Source: Tubulanus polymorphus
Taxonomy: Eukaryota > Animalia > Nemertea
Assembly: GCF_964204645.1 (NCBI RefSeq)
Contig: NC_134028.1
Span: forward strand, 15,817,653-15,881,652
Reading direction: 5' to 3'
Length of the DNA: 64,000 nt
Part shown: one piece after another, positions 50,984 through 64,000 of the stretch
Layout of the letters: each line of letters starts with the position of its first letter
Numbering within the stretch: position 1 is the first letter of the stretch
Notes under the pieces: model-generated
Told to the model about the DNA's origin: nothing
Seen by the model: only the letters and a program-made list of their open reading frames with translations
Database searches by the model: none
Program-made: the position numbers and the translations under genes

Positions 50984-53900
50984 CAGAAAAACGTATTGGC
51001 GCTCACGGCAATGCAAGTCCATGAATTTATTAAAGCTTGGATCATCCCTAATTTCACACAATTTGGATTCCACCGTGATATTTCTGCTCAGAACACCCAA
51101 TGCATCATTCAGGGCACTGGTGGCATCTTCTGCTAAGGTTTCTCTGGTTAAAATAGGAGATTCCTTGTAGAGAAGTTGACCAAAAGCATCTCTCACTGTT
51201 TCCGCAACCCAGGAAGAAAGCCACTAAATATTCGGATGGATATATGAAAGCTGTGGGTACTGGAGTGTGTAATGGGTAGTGTAGTGTGATCTGTGTGCAT
51301 TTTGGTGGCCAGCACACAGATCACATTGTTTATTGGGGTTTAGTCCAGGACTCGTGAGATTTTCAACAACACGGAAGTAACGTGTAATAAATGATGACTT
51401 GAATTGCATGACTACCTACCACCCCTCATTATTGTTGGAAAACTAACCGTTCCGCACTGACTAAAAATTAGTAATAATAATCAATAACATTTTAGAAATG
51501 GCCAGAATTTTAACTTAGGTTCTATCTCATTTTTATTTTACAATTGCGATTGGTATAATTTTTTTTTAAACGGCCGTTAAGGCTTCATGTTTCGTCTGCA
51601 ATTCACTGCAAATAGTTACGCAACTACGCACATTTCAGTGTTTTTGGCAGCTGTACACTCAATCGGCACCGTTCGTGACTAGCTTCACTACAGAATAATC
51701 ATTAATAAACATCGCCATATCACATCATCAACTTATATTGTGCCTTAAAACCCTAACAGCCGAAATAATTGAAATACACACACGATTTCTATCATTGAAA
51801 ATTGAGAGAATGGCCGTGTTTGTGTTCTGCTGCTTCGCGTAAATCCCGCGGGGTGGCGCCACCGCGTGGAGTGGGGCTGATACGTCTAGAAGAAAAAAGT
51901 GCGCTTTATATGTGTCCACACAATTAGATACAAAGAAGTTTCATCAAAATAAAGAAGACTGGCACTAAGGCTATGTTCAGAAACTATGCTATGGAAAAAA
52001 AGTCAAATTTTTTCCATACGTAATAAATGAATGAGCCCCTCCCTATAAAAAATATTACATATGCATACCAGTTGCCTACCTCCATAACTGATCCATGCAA
52101 TTCACGTTTAAGGGATGGTAATTTTTCAGCCTGCTTCCTGACTTCAGTTAGAGTTGAACAATGCTTCACGTAGCGCTCCTGTTAGTCGGGCATTTTCTTT
52201 CTTGAAAATGCAGCATTTTGGAGGCTCATGTTGAGAACACTCATAATCCGCTCAGCTGGATTCAGGTAACTCGCGTCTGGTGCTGTTCGTGCATGTATAA
52301 ACATTTCGAGATCCAGAGCTGAAGAAAATATGAAAAATAAGTTCATGGCTCTGCAATTGCATCTTTTATCTGTATTATGTAATTGCACTATTCAGCAATG
52401 TACTTACCAATGAACAGAGCTATACTTGCTAACAGATATGAATGTGGTCCGGTGGTCAGGGCCACCATCAGTGAAGTTCATCAAGATTGACCTATCTGAG
52501 TAGACATTGTCATCACTATGTCTATCTCTGATTAAAGATAGCTGTGCTGCAGCATGTGTAGCAGCACTAGCAGGTTGAAAAATCTGTAACAAAAGAGAAA
52601 AAACATCCTTTACTTACTAAGAATTTATCGCCCAATTTGTAAACTTTGACGCCGCCTTTTGTGCGGAAAATGATGAATTAGTTCTAGAAAGAATTTAATT
52701 TTGTGAAGACATCATTAAGTCAGCAACCCAGAATGAGTCATAAAATTCATCATGATCAAAGTAGAAAATTCTTAATTTTTCTGAGTCAGCTGGAAGTAGA
52801 TGACAACAGATACAAAATGTCACAGTGATAAAATACTGTTAGCCAATTTACCTTGTCCTTCGAGATCCAGAGCTGAAGAAAATATGAAAAATAAGTTCAT
52901 GGCTCTGCAATTGCATCTTTTATCTGTATTATGTAATTGCACTATTCAGCAATGTACTTACCAATGAACAGAGCTATACTTGCTAACAGATATGAATGTG
53001 GTCCGGTGGTCAGGGCCACCATCAGTGAAGTTCATCAAGATTGACCTATCTGAGTAGACATTGTCATCACTATGTCTATCTCTGATTAAAGATAGCTGTG
53101 CTGCAGCATGTGTAGCAGCACTAGCAGGTTGAAAAATCTGTAACAAAAGAGAAAAAACATCCTTTACTTACTAAGAATTTATCGCCCAATTTGTAAACTT
53201 TGACGCCGCCTTTTGTGCGGAAAATGATGAATTAGTTCTAGAAAGAATTTAATTTTGTGAAGACATCATTAAGTCAGCAACCCAGAATGAGTCATAAAAT
53301 TCATCATGATCAAAGTAGAAAATTCTTAATTTTTCTGAGTCAGCTGGAAGTAGATGACAACAGATACAAAATGTCACAGTGATAAAATACTGTTAGCCAA
53401 TTTACCTTGTCCTTGACCCTGACATACACGCCTCCTGTGTAGAATCCATCTTTGACATCAAGCGGTACATCGACATCAAGTGAAACGGAGGGAATCAGGC
53501 CACATACGTGGTAGTCATGATCTAATGCCTTAACTGTACTATGCTCATCTGCACGAGTTAATGACTTCCCGCCTCTGACACCAGTTGATATAGGTTGTTT
53601 GTGATCTCCTATGGAAATGACAGCCATGTCATCTAGGCAGAGGAAAATGCACTGATCTCGATACTGGACAGCAAATTCCTGCAAACAAAAATCAAATTGT
53701 TGGCGAGTTGTTGATTAAATAGTTTTCAACTTTGAAAACCCTAGTTTAATTGCTGATTAATGCCAGGATTATTCCAACTAATAAAGTCAAAGTAGCAGAA
53801 TACCATACTATTCAAATCGTATATCAATACACTGTAGATAAATGATAATGAAGATACTTCCCTCACAAAATATATACCTTCAGCATTTTAAAATAGTAAC

Positions 53901-54774
53901 CAGCATATTTGCTGTCGATATGGTCTTTCCTTAGAACTCGCTGCTGCACAGCATACTTCACGGGAAATTTTTCTGTATAGTGTACTGCTGCCTTGGAGTA
54001 GGGTTACTAGACCAAAATTGTAATCTGAAAATAAATCAGATGGAAAGCATAAGAAATCACATGTTTATTCAGACAGACATATACATACAAGAATCGTATA
54101 CCTGATCCAACTTATGCAGGGAATGGGTGCCTCTGGTGGAAGCCGCTGTATTATTTTTCTCTGCAGGTCGCTAATACTGGTTGCAAATGGCATATACATT
54201 GATGGGCCGTGGCGGCGGTCATTGACAATGCAATTTCCTCTAAGAATTTACTCATTTCATCCCAGAAAACATCATACTTCGTAGAACCTGGCTTCCCATT
54301 TAAATGCCGTAAGTCCTAAAAATGCTTTGGGTTATCGGAATTCGCAATGAATTTGATCACCCTGGCATCTATTTCGCTTTGTTTCAAGGTCTCTGCAGAA
54401 GCTGAGTCCTGAGTGGTAAATCGATACATTTCTCGTAGAATAGCTGGCTTAGCATCCACAACTTTCTCATATTTATCAATAAAGAGGTTCCTCATAGCTC
54501 TAGTTGATTACTGCTTTATATCTTTCTTCACCATTTTCACAGTTTGTATACTTTCAGCAGTGCCTTTATTTCGATCGCCATCAAACTTCCATATATATTT
54601 TACCGCACCAAGATGGTTCCCATAATAATACGAGTAACATTCAACTGGTTCACGCAAATGTAACTCTTGAAACCATTCACGTCTTGCATAACGGTCATCA
54701 GGCATAAATTCACGAAGGCCAATTGTCTCATTGGCTGATAGAGTATCCAGTTTTGTCTGCAAAACATCATGTCT
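50984..54774 (-). pseudogene. Multi-exon Zator-like (IS630/Tc1-related) DDE transposase pseudogene
   Basis: Exons ~54774-54102, 54024-53878, 53678-53406, 53137-52962 (duplicated 52583-52408), 52318-52080 and ~51208-50984, with GT-AG boundaries except the last acceptor, which appears mutated. Motifs WIRLQFW, CLDDMAVISIG, ALDHDYH..LIPSV, FTDGGPDHR and RTAPDASYLNPAERIMS parallel Zator DDKAKVPIG, DHDF..LIPSV, DGGPD and APG.S..N.VERRM as recalled. In-frame stops and frameshifts are present. Confidence 0.75.
52305..53414. repeat. Perfect 554-bp tandem duplication with TT microhomology at the junction
   Basis: 52307-52860 equals 52861-53414 by inspection. Identical ORFs at 52404-52592 and 52958-53146. 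Confidence 0.95.
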
Positions 54775-56845
54775 CACACGTGTGATTTTGTATGTGAATC
54801 ACACATGTGATTTTGTCCCATTTTTACACATGTGAATCACACATGTGATTCACATTCAAGCTGTATCACACGTGTGATTTCCTAATCTAATTGTCCCATT
54901 TTTACACATGTGAATCACACGTGTGATACAGCCCTGAATGTAAATCACACATGTCACATAACACAGTCATGTGTGATTTATAACGCATGTGATCTGCAGT
55001 CATCCTCATTGTTCAAGCTCCACACGACTGTATTCAAGAAGAAGTATAAGCACACATTCATAATGGTCAAAATTTGACCACTTCTTTCATTGGACATGAT
55101 GTTTCATCCATACTTCACAATTTCCTAAAAACTCATTGCCTGAAAGGAGATCCACATAGTGGCAAAACAAAATGAAGTTTCAAAATTACCAACCAAATGT
55201 AATAACTCACTTGTGTAAGCTTACATGTTAATGGGAATTTTATTTTCAAATATTTACAGATTTACTTCGCCAATTTATACTGTTTCAGCATTTGTCCAAT
55301 CTTCTTTCTAATTTGGGCCGCGGTAACCCCCAATCTACAATTCAGAACATGATCTGGAATGAGACAAAATTATAAAACATTTAAATACTACACACAATTC
55401 CAAACAATAAATCAATAAATCAATATCCCTAATATCAATCATCTGATGAAAAAAGCCAAAGTTACATTATTATGATAAGTGAAACCAGACGAAAATAAAC
55501 GGCGCTACTTTTACAGTAGCTTATAAATTTTTTCAATCAACACTTACCATAACAGGACTCAAAACCTCTTTTTCAGTAATTTGTTCCGGCTGAAAGTACA
55601 CGTTTCATTCTCCATGTAGATAAATTACTACTCGAGGAAATGTACTGACTCCCTAGATTAATAACGGAAAATTCCATTTTAATTTGTAAATGATTTATTC
55701 CAATGTAGAAAGAATTGGCAAATACTGTTCAATACCGGCTGAGCATTCAGTTTAGGAATTATACAGTATAGTATGCAAACGAGTGTCTTTTTCCTGGACA
55801 TATCGTGATTTAAAAATAGTTCATGGTGTAATCTAGGCCTACTTGTTAGGCATGGACATGTTGTACTTTGCATGCATCAATCATGAAATATTTGTATTGC
55901 ATCAATCATGTCAATGATTGAAATAAAGTTTGGATGAGTTTGATTTAATTGATTGATTGGTACACGCCACTGATTTTACCGATTACAGTACATTCAATTA
56001 ACATCATCGACTATGAATATTTGATGAAACACAATAATACTTGCTTTTGAGCTTGGATTCAAACACCAGACTTTTCGAACTAAGAAATTAACCATGAAAA
56101 TTGATTAAAAACAGCAACGACTATCCTCGAAATAATTGCAAATGGCGCCGTGCGTGCCTGCATGCTCATTCCAAGTCCTTTGCTAGCCGTCGTCAACGGT
56201 TCGAATCCCGTAATTACCTGCTAATTTTCCTGCTAAGTCGTTTTTGAATATTTATATTTTTTTAGAACTCAACAGCGAATGTAAAAACATATCATAACCT
56301 TATTTTATTTATTAAGCCGAATGAAAATACAAACTCAATAGTCCGTGGACATTGGTACTTGGTTTTTGCGCTGTAAAAAATCTAACCATAAATCTAACCA
56401 TGTGTTGAAAATGTTGAAATAATGAGAACAGTTATGGAAATATTCTTATTCCAACATGGATTCTATGACAAAAATGCAGATGTTCAGAATTTGGAACCAA
56501 CATGGGAATGGTTCATATCCGAAATATTCACACTGTGTTGCAGATTGGAATAACTGATGTTAATCACATGTGTTATTCTAATGACATGTGTGATCCTAGC
56601 GGTTACACATGTGATCTGTGTTGTTGAGCCAATCACATGTGTGAATCACACATGTATTTCTCAATCACACATGTATTTCAGAATCACACATGTGATCATG
56701 TGTTATTCACACATGTGATATGCTTCACAACACAGATCACACATGTGATAGCTGGAATCACATGTGTTTTCTGTGTCTTTCACACCTTTCACACATGTAA
56801 TGTGTGTTATTCACACATATAACATGTGTGAATTTTTTGTAAGGG
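54774..56845. mobile_element. DNA element with subterminal CACATGTG/CACACGTGTG arrays at both ends (CMC/EnSpm-like), inserted in the Zator-like exon
   Basis: Arrays at 54774-54995 and 56560-56832. Right terminus TGTGAATTTTTTGTAAGGG (reverse CCCTTACAAAAAATTCACA). Left terminus missing. Confidence 0.7.
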
Positions 56846-58679
56846 TTCCCAAATCCTGAAAAATTCCTTTGAGGAATTGTGAAAAGAAATTGATTATTCG
56901 TTCTTTAACGATATCAAATTATACAAAGTATATATTATATCGAATATTTTCGTTCAACCTACCTGGTTCTATATAGAAGTGTTGAAAGTCTTGATCTGGA
57001 TCAACCTTGTGTATAAACTGAGACGTGTAAGTTCTCAGGTAAAAAAGCTATGCATTAGTCTATACACGCCATATAAGTGGACCCTTTCTTCATGTGTAAG
57101 TCATTTTGAAAACATTTGCAATGTCAATACTCATCAAGAGAAATTGAGAGTCTTTACTTCTGTGCACAAAATCAATGATATTTGTGGTATTTTCCAGTAC
57201 TAATTATCGGCAGTTAGTGCCTATTATTTCATTGTGTGCATATTGAATATATTGTCTATGTAACACACGCAAGCAACTAGCCACATTTTGAAATGTGAAT
57301 TAATAGACTGGTCACTGATCTATTCTAATATTCATTCTAATATTCTAAAACTTATAAGAATTAATGAACTTATATTAATTTGAAAATACAACATTGAAAC
57401 TATAACTGTTAAAACCATACACATCTGATTGTTTCGAACATTGTACATATAAAATTGGTATAAAAGCGTTTTTTATTTTTTTATTTTGATGTTAGGCTTG
57501 CCAAGGATCAACGAAAGCCAAACTGGGTGATCTACAAGCAATGTTGGACACAACTGTACGTATACACATTTCATTATTATTATTATTATAATAATTTTTT
57601 CCACACTTTTTTGTCAAAAGTGCATAGGCTTTCTTACATTACTACTGTTGTCGATACAATCCATCTGATATCCTTCAACTCACTACGATCTACAAATACT
57701 CTGTGCGTGTTTTGATGAATTAACGTTACGAAAGAACTGCCGAGTCGTAAACATCGAAAATTGAGACCCATTCAATGAGACGACATGTTTTTCTGAGTCG
57801 CCATTACGAAATCCACCGCAGGTTGCTTGCCAGTTCGATTATCAATTCAAGTATAAAATATCAAATCTATTACCCCTGCACATTCAGCCGCGGTCTTCAA
57901 ACAGTCATATAACAATAACCCATTCTTGATCAGTACATATTACCGATCCAAATTACCGATATTTACTACTCTAAATTTTAAAAGCACTGTCGAGCCATAA
58001 ACAACGATGAATCGACGTGTGTTTCTACATCGTCGTTCCGGGGATCCACTCTGAGTTTCTCCTCACCATGAGAATCAAATCAAGTACAAATGTATTTATT
58101 ACTCCCTGTGATTAGGCCGCGTTTAACAATATTTTATTTTTATATACCAAATTTACTATTATAAATCATTAGAGTACTGGTGTCGTATGCCTAAACTAAA
58201 CACGCCGAACTGATGCAGCGGAGAAAAGCTGTTGCGGTGACTAGGTATCAAAATAAATGAATTTATTACTACCAGTGATTCAGCCGTGGGCTTCAACCAT
58301 TTATAAATATTCTATTTTTCCTACAGTACCAGTCTTTACCAAATCCACAGGATATTTACTAAATAATTCCTGTATATCACACATTCTATTCCGTTAGCTG
58401 GACTCAGGCTTGATATTTGGTGTAAAAGACTTAAGAGATTGCTTCTAGGTTGCTTGAAGCGTTTATTGAGTTGTACATGACCTTTAGGCCTTCTGAGCTT
58501 TACTGTTTCAAACAAACACAGTATAATTGTTGTGATTATTTACGGACTCATGGATTGAACTTCAAATAAAATTTGCAATAGAAATCCGACAACAATGCTG
58601 CGACGCGTAGTACAAAAGATTTGTTTCTTCATAATCCGAAAATAAAATTGATTTTACGAATTGAAATCCCCGGAGACCT

Positions 58680-61600
58680 ACCCGGATAAAAAAGTGTAGG
58701 AATACGATGTTTTTAGGAGGGTTGAGGTGCAATAGGCCGAAGGCCCTTCTGTCCAGATGCAAGGACACGTAGGCTTACATAGGCTAGTAGAACGAGATCT
58801 GAACTGAGTGCGCGTGGCTGCGGTAGTCGAAATACCAGCACAAGCCGGCGGCACCGGTCCGGTCCAGACGTCTCCCGGTTCTGAACTGCCAGTTCGGTCA
58901 CCGGCGTGCGGTTCGTCCGATTCTGACGTTCGTCGCTCTGGGGATAGAGCTCGCTCTCCTACCAGGTCCATACGCCGTGAACGTAATAAACGTGCAAGGT
59001 CTCCTTGCAGATCAAGGATAGATCGCGCGAGGGATTACGATCGTTAGTGCAGAAAGTGTCGCCGGCAGTTGCCTCATCTTTTGTCTACGTCGGTTAGCAA
59101 AGAAGGTGCAGATCAGTCTAGATTCTTCTAGCAGGTCTTGATCCTTTTCTAGGGACCGTCACCTAAGTTGTCATGATCATGGGGATATGGGAAAATTCCT
59201 GACTCAGAATTTCCGTGTATTTGAAGAAAGAATTTTAAACTTGTTTTCATCGTTGCAACAAGTCGTTACTGCAACTTCTACAACAGGTAAGCCTATTCCT
59301 GTTTGTCCGGTTAGAAGTTCACCAGCCCACTCAGTTATTCGGAATTCTGACTTAATTCCCGGATGCTGGGGTAGGGTCTGATTAAAATGAGGATTCAGTC
59401 CCAGAAGCGGCAATTTCTTCTGGTGTCGTTCCTGCTGCAAGCAATTTTTGGTTGCCCCATTCAATGGGGACTTCCCTGGCTCGCAACGTATCTCCGTCCC
59501 ATTCAGTTTTATCCGAACCTGCAGCGGACATGCCATTTAGAGCAATGATTAGTGAGTTGTTTGTCAAACACGGGGCAACTCGCGCTTAGCCCACTGCAGC
59601 TCCTCTGGTCGGTGAGTCAATGGAAGCTTATTACCATCCGGACTCTGATCTTAATGTTTTACTCGAACTGCAGCGGTTTCAAGAGAATGGGCTCGATTAG
59701 ATACACAATTGTGGGGTGAATGTCGCCCCGAAACGTTTTCGTTTCCCCCTCCAGAACGGGATATGAAATCTGGAAAATATTTCAGTTCAACTGATCCGCC
59801 TATAGGCGCATTTCGCTCGGCGTATTATGCAACTCCAGGTGCTGTGGATCATAGTCATAGCTCCCTGGATGCTGATTATACTTTGATCAGCCCGGATACT
59901 GGATCAGCACAGTCGGGTTTAAGTTTGCCTAAGTCCGGTTTGGTGGCCATGATGTCAATCCTGGACAATCTTACCAGGGATGGTTGGTTTCAGGATATGG
60001 CACTGAAGGTGTTGACTCTCTCGCCGCTGTCCATGGCGGCTCCCACCCAGAGTAAGTTGCCCTTAAACTAGAGGGAATGGACCGGATTATCCAATCCTTG
60101 GCACGGTCTGTTTCAATTTTGTTTCAAACACGGTCTGGGTCAGGCTGAACTTGTTTTAGCCTCCTGTCAGTCAGTCATGGACTCCAGTTCCAAAGCTCGT
60201 CTACCATCCTCGCTTGCCAGGGGTCCGGTATTACTCCCAAACTCGCTTCCACCAGCCCCCTGGCCTCACGAAGCGTGATTTCATTACTGGCGCTGTTGCA
60301 CATGACGTCATATATCGATTTGCGAAATACTTTCTTATTCGGTAAAACGTTCGCTGATTGGTCCATTTAACGGCAAAACCAACAGAAGCCTAATGTCATT
60401 TGTTACAAGCGCTGTGATTGGTACGACCGGATTCTGGTCGGCTAGTAATGACTCCAACGACTCGTGAGGTCAAGATGCTCATCCACCAGATAAGGTGTCC
60501 AATTCATTACTGAGAGCTCCATTGGGGACATCTTTGCAACACTTCTCCGGTTGGTGCACTCCCTGTTTCCGCCGAGGTGAGGAAGATTCGGGTGGTCTAG
60601 ACAAAGTCCACCATCCGAACTCCGTGGAAAAAGCGTTCTGGTCCGATGCCGGCAGCGCAAGGTTCGGCACGGACTCAAACAGGACCAACTCAAACTTCAA
60701 CGCTTTCTCAGGCGGCTACAGATGCCAGTTGGAGAACTAGTGCACAGCTCCAACAATCGCGCCAAGCCTCGTCCGGTCATAACAGTTCCGGTTCGTATCG
60801 GGGCAAGGGGAAGGCTCCGAAAAGGTGCTCTTTCTTTTGCAAAAACTCGAAATGAATTCTCTGGACCAGTGGGAGGTTGTCTGCAGCCACCCACTGGTCC
60901 GACCTTTTCAGAGACGGTTGGCCCTACCGGGTCGTCTCACGTGGCTACTGTCTCCGTTTCCTATAGCGACCGCACCTGACGAGGTCACCTCCCGACATGC
61001 GGCCAAAACCAGGTCAGGAGGCCTTAATCTCTCCGGCTCTCAAGGAATTGGCCGAGAAGGGAGCGATAGAACCAGTTGGCAAGGAAACTTCTCCCAGCTG
61101 GTTTCCTTGAAAATTCATGGTACCAAAGGCCGGAGAGATTAAACGGACGGTGATAGATCTATCTTCCCTCAATCGGAACATAGATATTCCAAGGCTTCGG
61201 ATGACCAAACCCAACGACGTGATTCAAGGGCACCGTCCGTGTCAATTGGCAGCTTCATTGGACCTGGAAGATGCTAATTTTCAGGTTCAAATTCACCAAA
61301 AATCTCGGCGATTTCTCAGGATAATGTGGAATGGCTGCCAGTTCCAGTTCAGGTCTCTTCCATTTGGCCTCAGTACGGCCCCGTGGGTTTTCACCAAGTT
61401 GGTCAAGTCCATTCAGAAGGTACTTCAGTCCAGGGGTGTTTGACTGTTTGTTTACCTCGACGACTGGTTAATAGTCGCAAACTCGGCTCAAGAATGTCAG
61501 GAAGCAATGACCTCAGTCTTGGACTTAGTCCATGAGCTAGGGTTCCGCGTAAACAGGGAAATATCTCAGTTGACGCCGACCCAACAGTTCACTTATCTCG

Positions 61601-62435
61601 GCATCGACTTCGATATCCGAATCGGGAAAGTCTCTCCGTCCACCTTCTCGCCAGGAAGCCACCAACCACATAAATTTCCTGGAAATGCTGGCCGTGTGGA
61701 AGGCCCTGATGTTCTTTCACAGTCGAGTGGAGGGCCATCACGTTTGGTTAGCCACGGATAATTCAACAGTGAGGGCTTACCATCAGAATCGAGAGGCACT
61801 CCCTCAGAAACCCTCACGGATCTGTCAGCCAAAATTCTTCTTTGGTGCCAGGCAAAGGGAGTTTCCATGACTGTGGCACATTTAGCAGGGAAAAGGAACG
61901 TGGCTGATGCCCTTCCTCGTCAAGGTGAGGCTATCGCGACAGAATGAGTTCTCCACCAAGAAGTAGCCAATCGGGTTCGAGACACGTTCGGCAATCCGCT
62001 GCTGGATCTGTTTGCCACCCGGTTCAATCGGAGGTGTCCACTGCGTTGGGGGTCGACCCCTTCTCTCTGGATTGGTCAGGGATGCATGCATATGCGGTCC
62101 CGCCCTCTTCAGTCCTCCCGCGCTTGCTGGATCAAAGGGAGAGATTAGTTAATTGCAACATAGTTCTGGTAGCACCATGTTGGCCGGGGCAGAAATGGTT
62201 CCTACCACTTTTCAACCTCCTGTGCGACAACCCCGGGTTTCTTCCGAAATTCCCATTGATTTTGTCTCAGGGGAAGTGTCTAGCGATCCTTGTCAGCTTC
62301 AGGCTTTTCGGAACAGGCTACCTCCTTTATCGCAGGATCTGAGCGGCCATCGACAAGTACCATTTACGGCGCCAAATGGGGTAATTTTACAGATTGGTGA
62401 GCTACAGGGGAAATTGATCCATGCTCACCCTTTGT
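58680..62435 (+). mobile_element. Second degenerate DIRS1-like retrotransposon of a different family, 3'-truncated
   Basis: RS-rich gag 58808-59047. RT 61117-61640 (VPK..RTVIDLSSLN, SLDLEDA, LPFGLSTAPWVFTK, VYLDDWLI, FTYLGI). RNase H remnant HINFLEMLAV..TDNSTV. Methylase-like DLFATRFN..LDWSGMHAYAVPP..LVAPCWPGQKWF. Start of recombinase (YGAKWGNFTDW). Confidence 0.9.
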
Positions 62436-62449
62436 TGCTCAATAATGAA

Positions 62450-62840
62450 AGGCTGAATCCAAGAAAATGTCTATCGCACTTTTGAGCCCAAACGTCTACT
62501 TTTACTTAGTAGCCACTTGAGAACAATAAGCAATTAACGATATCGGTTACTTTTCCAGTAGTATACATTTCAAAACAGTCACTCTGAAATAGTATTCCTT
62601 TCAATTCGGTTGGTTTTCTATAGTGGCTGTTTCGAAGAGTCTACTATTGAAAAGTGACCAATTTAAAACATCTGGTTTTGAAAGTGCACAGTAGCAGTAG
62701 AGGTGACTGTAAAACCACCCGCCTGTTAACAGTGACTTTGTGATAGTAACTCATACCATAACAGCTACTCTCAAAACATATCGATTCTATAAGTCAACTA
62801 TTGAAAAGTCACCATTTTGAGATGGCCTGGTAATTTCCTG
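62450..62840 (+). mobile_element. Copy of the 29292-29650 repeat, truncating the DIRS recombinase
   Basis: Direct alignment with 29292-29650. Confidence 0.7.
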
Positions 62841-64000
62841 TTCAAAATAGCAGCATCTGTTAAAGATTTGCAGTGATACGTGACAGGTTCAAAGGTACCG
62901 TTAAACCCTATATGCTTTGTATACAGAACTCTGTATGCTTTGAATACAGTTCTGTGAATAGAAAATCCAAGTTTTGGAGTTGCCAAGAATCCCCTGATTT
63001 ATATTACGCTCAACAAAATGGCAATATCCAATAGGAAAACTATTGATTTATATAACATCATCATGGATTAAATCCATTAATACTAATATAGTGCCAGTCC
63101 ATAAAAAAATCATATGTTTATAAGATGAATTACGTCCTATTTATATCATTATCTGGATGAAAACTAAACAAAATATTTCAAAAAAAATGTATCTAAAATA
63201 CTAAGAATTAACCTTGAATTTATTGTTTATTTCGATACAAAGGATTTTTAAGTAATCCATGTGATGTTCACTTTGTCACGCTGTTCTCGGCTTGTTCATG
63301 AATCGTTTTATCGATTGCTAGAAGTGATTGCCTGATCAAATATTATTTCATATTTATACAGTTTGGTTGAAATGAAATTACCAACTTATTATAAAAGATC
63401 ACATGATTAGCGTATAAAAGTGCAGTGTTGAGATATTCACGTAATTTTGAAATCAGCAATTTCATTTGATAGAGAAAACTTCGTTTGGCTTAAGAAGTAA
63501 AAGAAATGCGATAGGCTGTAAATTCAGTTTCACATACTTTCCTACTTTGTTGAGTAAATTGTTTATATAGATTATCAAAAACCCAGCAGCAGCTATCGGT
63601 CAGCAGATCAATTACACTGGCTAACTAGACAGTGATTGATGCACGAATGAACAAACTGCATTGGTCACCAAAAGACCTTGAACCAAAAGTAATTACCTCT
63701 TTATAGTAATAAACTCAGCACCGCAATATCTCTATGAGACTTTATTTCAAGGTGCCAATAAAATAATACGCCAAAATGTATGGTGTTTGAACTTCGCTGA
63801 ATCGATGAACCAATGATCATTTAAGATAATTATCAGTTTTTTCCAACTAAACTCTTTTTTACAAATTATCGTAAAATAATAACTACTAATATGTGGCACC
63901 ATAACAGAAGTGCATTCAGAGTAAGAATAATGATACCAATACTTGAATTTGGAAGCGAATGCAGGCTAGAACCAACAAAGGTACCGTTTTAAGGTGCAGG

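Noticed and set aside
57880-58365. Weakly repeated TTCAGCCG..CTTCAA..GATATTTACTA units
   Set aside because: Too diverged to define period or ends by eye; probably another old repeat.
41258-64000. Next Exo70 exon (GTAA..GAKALEDF equivalent)
   Set aside because: Acceptor candidates near 50368, 58326, 63361 and 63751 gave no matching peptide. The exon is probably outside the window, or I missed it.

Overview
AT-rich eukaryotic (invertebrate animal, probably lophotrochozoan) DNA made almost entirely of transposon-filled intron. Six short GT-AG exons on the + strand (9522-9594, 23742-23800, 26507-26565, 28469-28581, 39901-40005, 41138-41257) join in consistent phase into a stop-free stretch of exocyst subunit Exo70 (EXOC7). 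The ORF track does not reveal this gene, and its flanking exons were not found in the window. The introns hold nested mobile elements: two degenerate DIRS-type tyrosine-recombinase retrotransposons (one keeps its ITR/ICR ends), a PNMA-gag Gypsy remnant, an internally deleted Gmr1-like Gypsy with both LTRs and a TSD, a non-coding LTR element with a TSD, a DD41D Tc1/mariner shell swollen to 6.3 kb, a long degenerate LINE, TWA-TSD MITEs, and many Helentron-like (HINE) elements carrying satellite arrays. The most unusual signals are HINE arrays whose ~154-bp units each carry a near-consensus CTCF motif beside YY1-like motifs, an intron-rich Zator-like DDE transposase pseudogene lying antisense with a perfect 554-bp duplication, and a CACATGTG-repeat DNA element inside that gene with a possible spliced BEN-like remnant. 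Family assignments come from motif recognition by eye; no database search was run.
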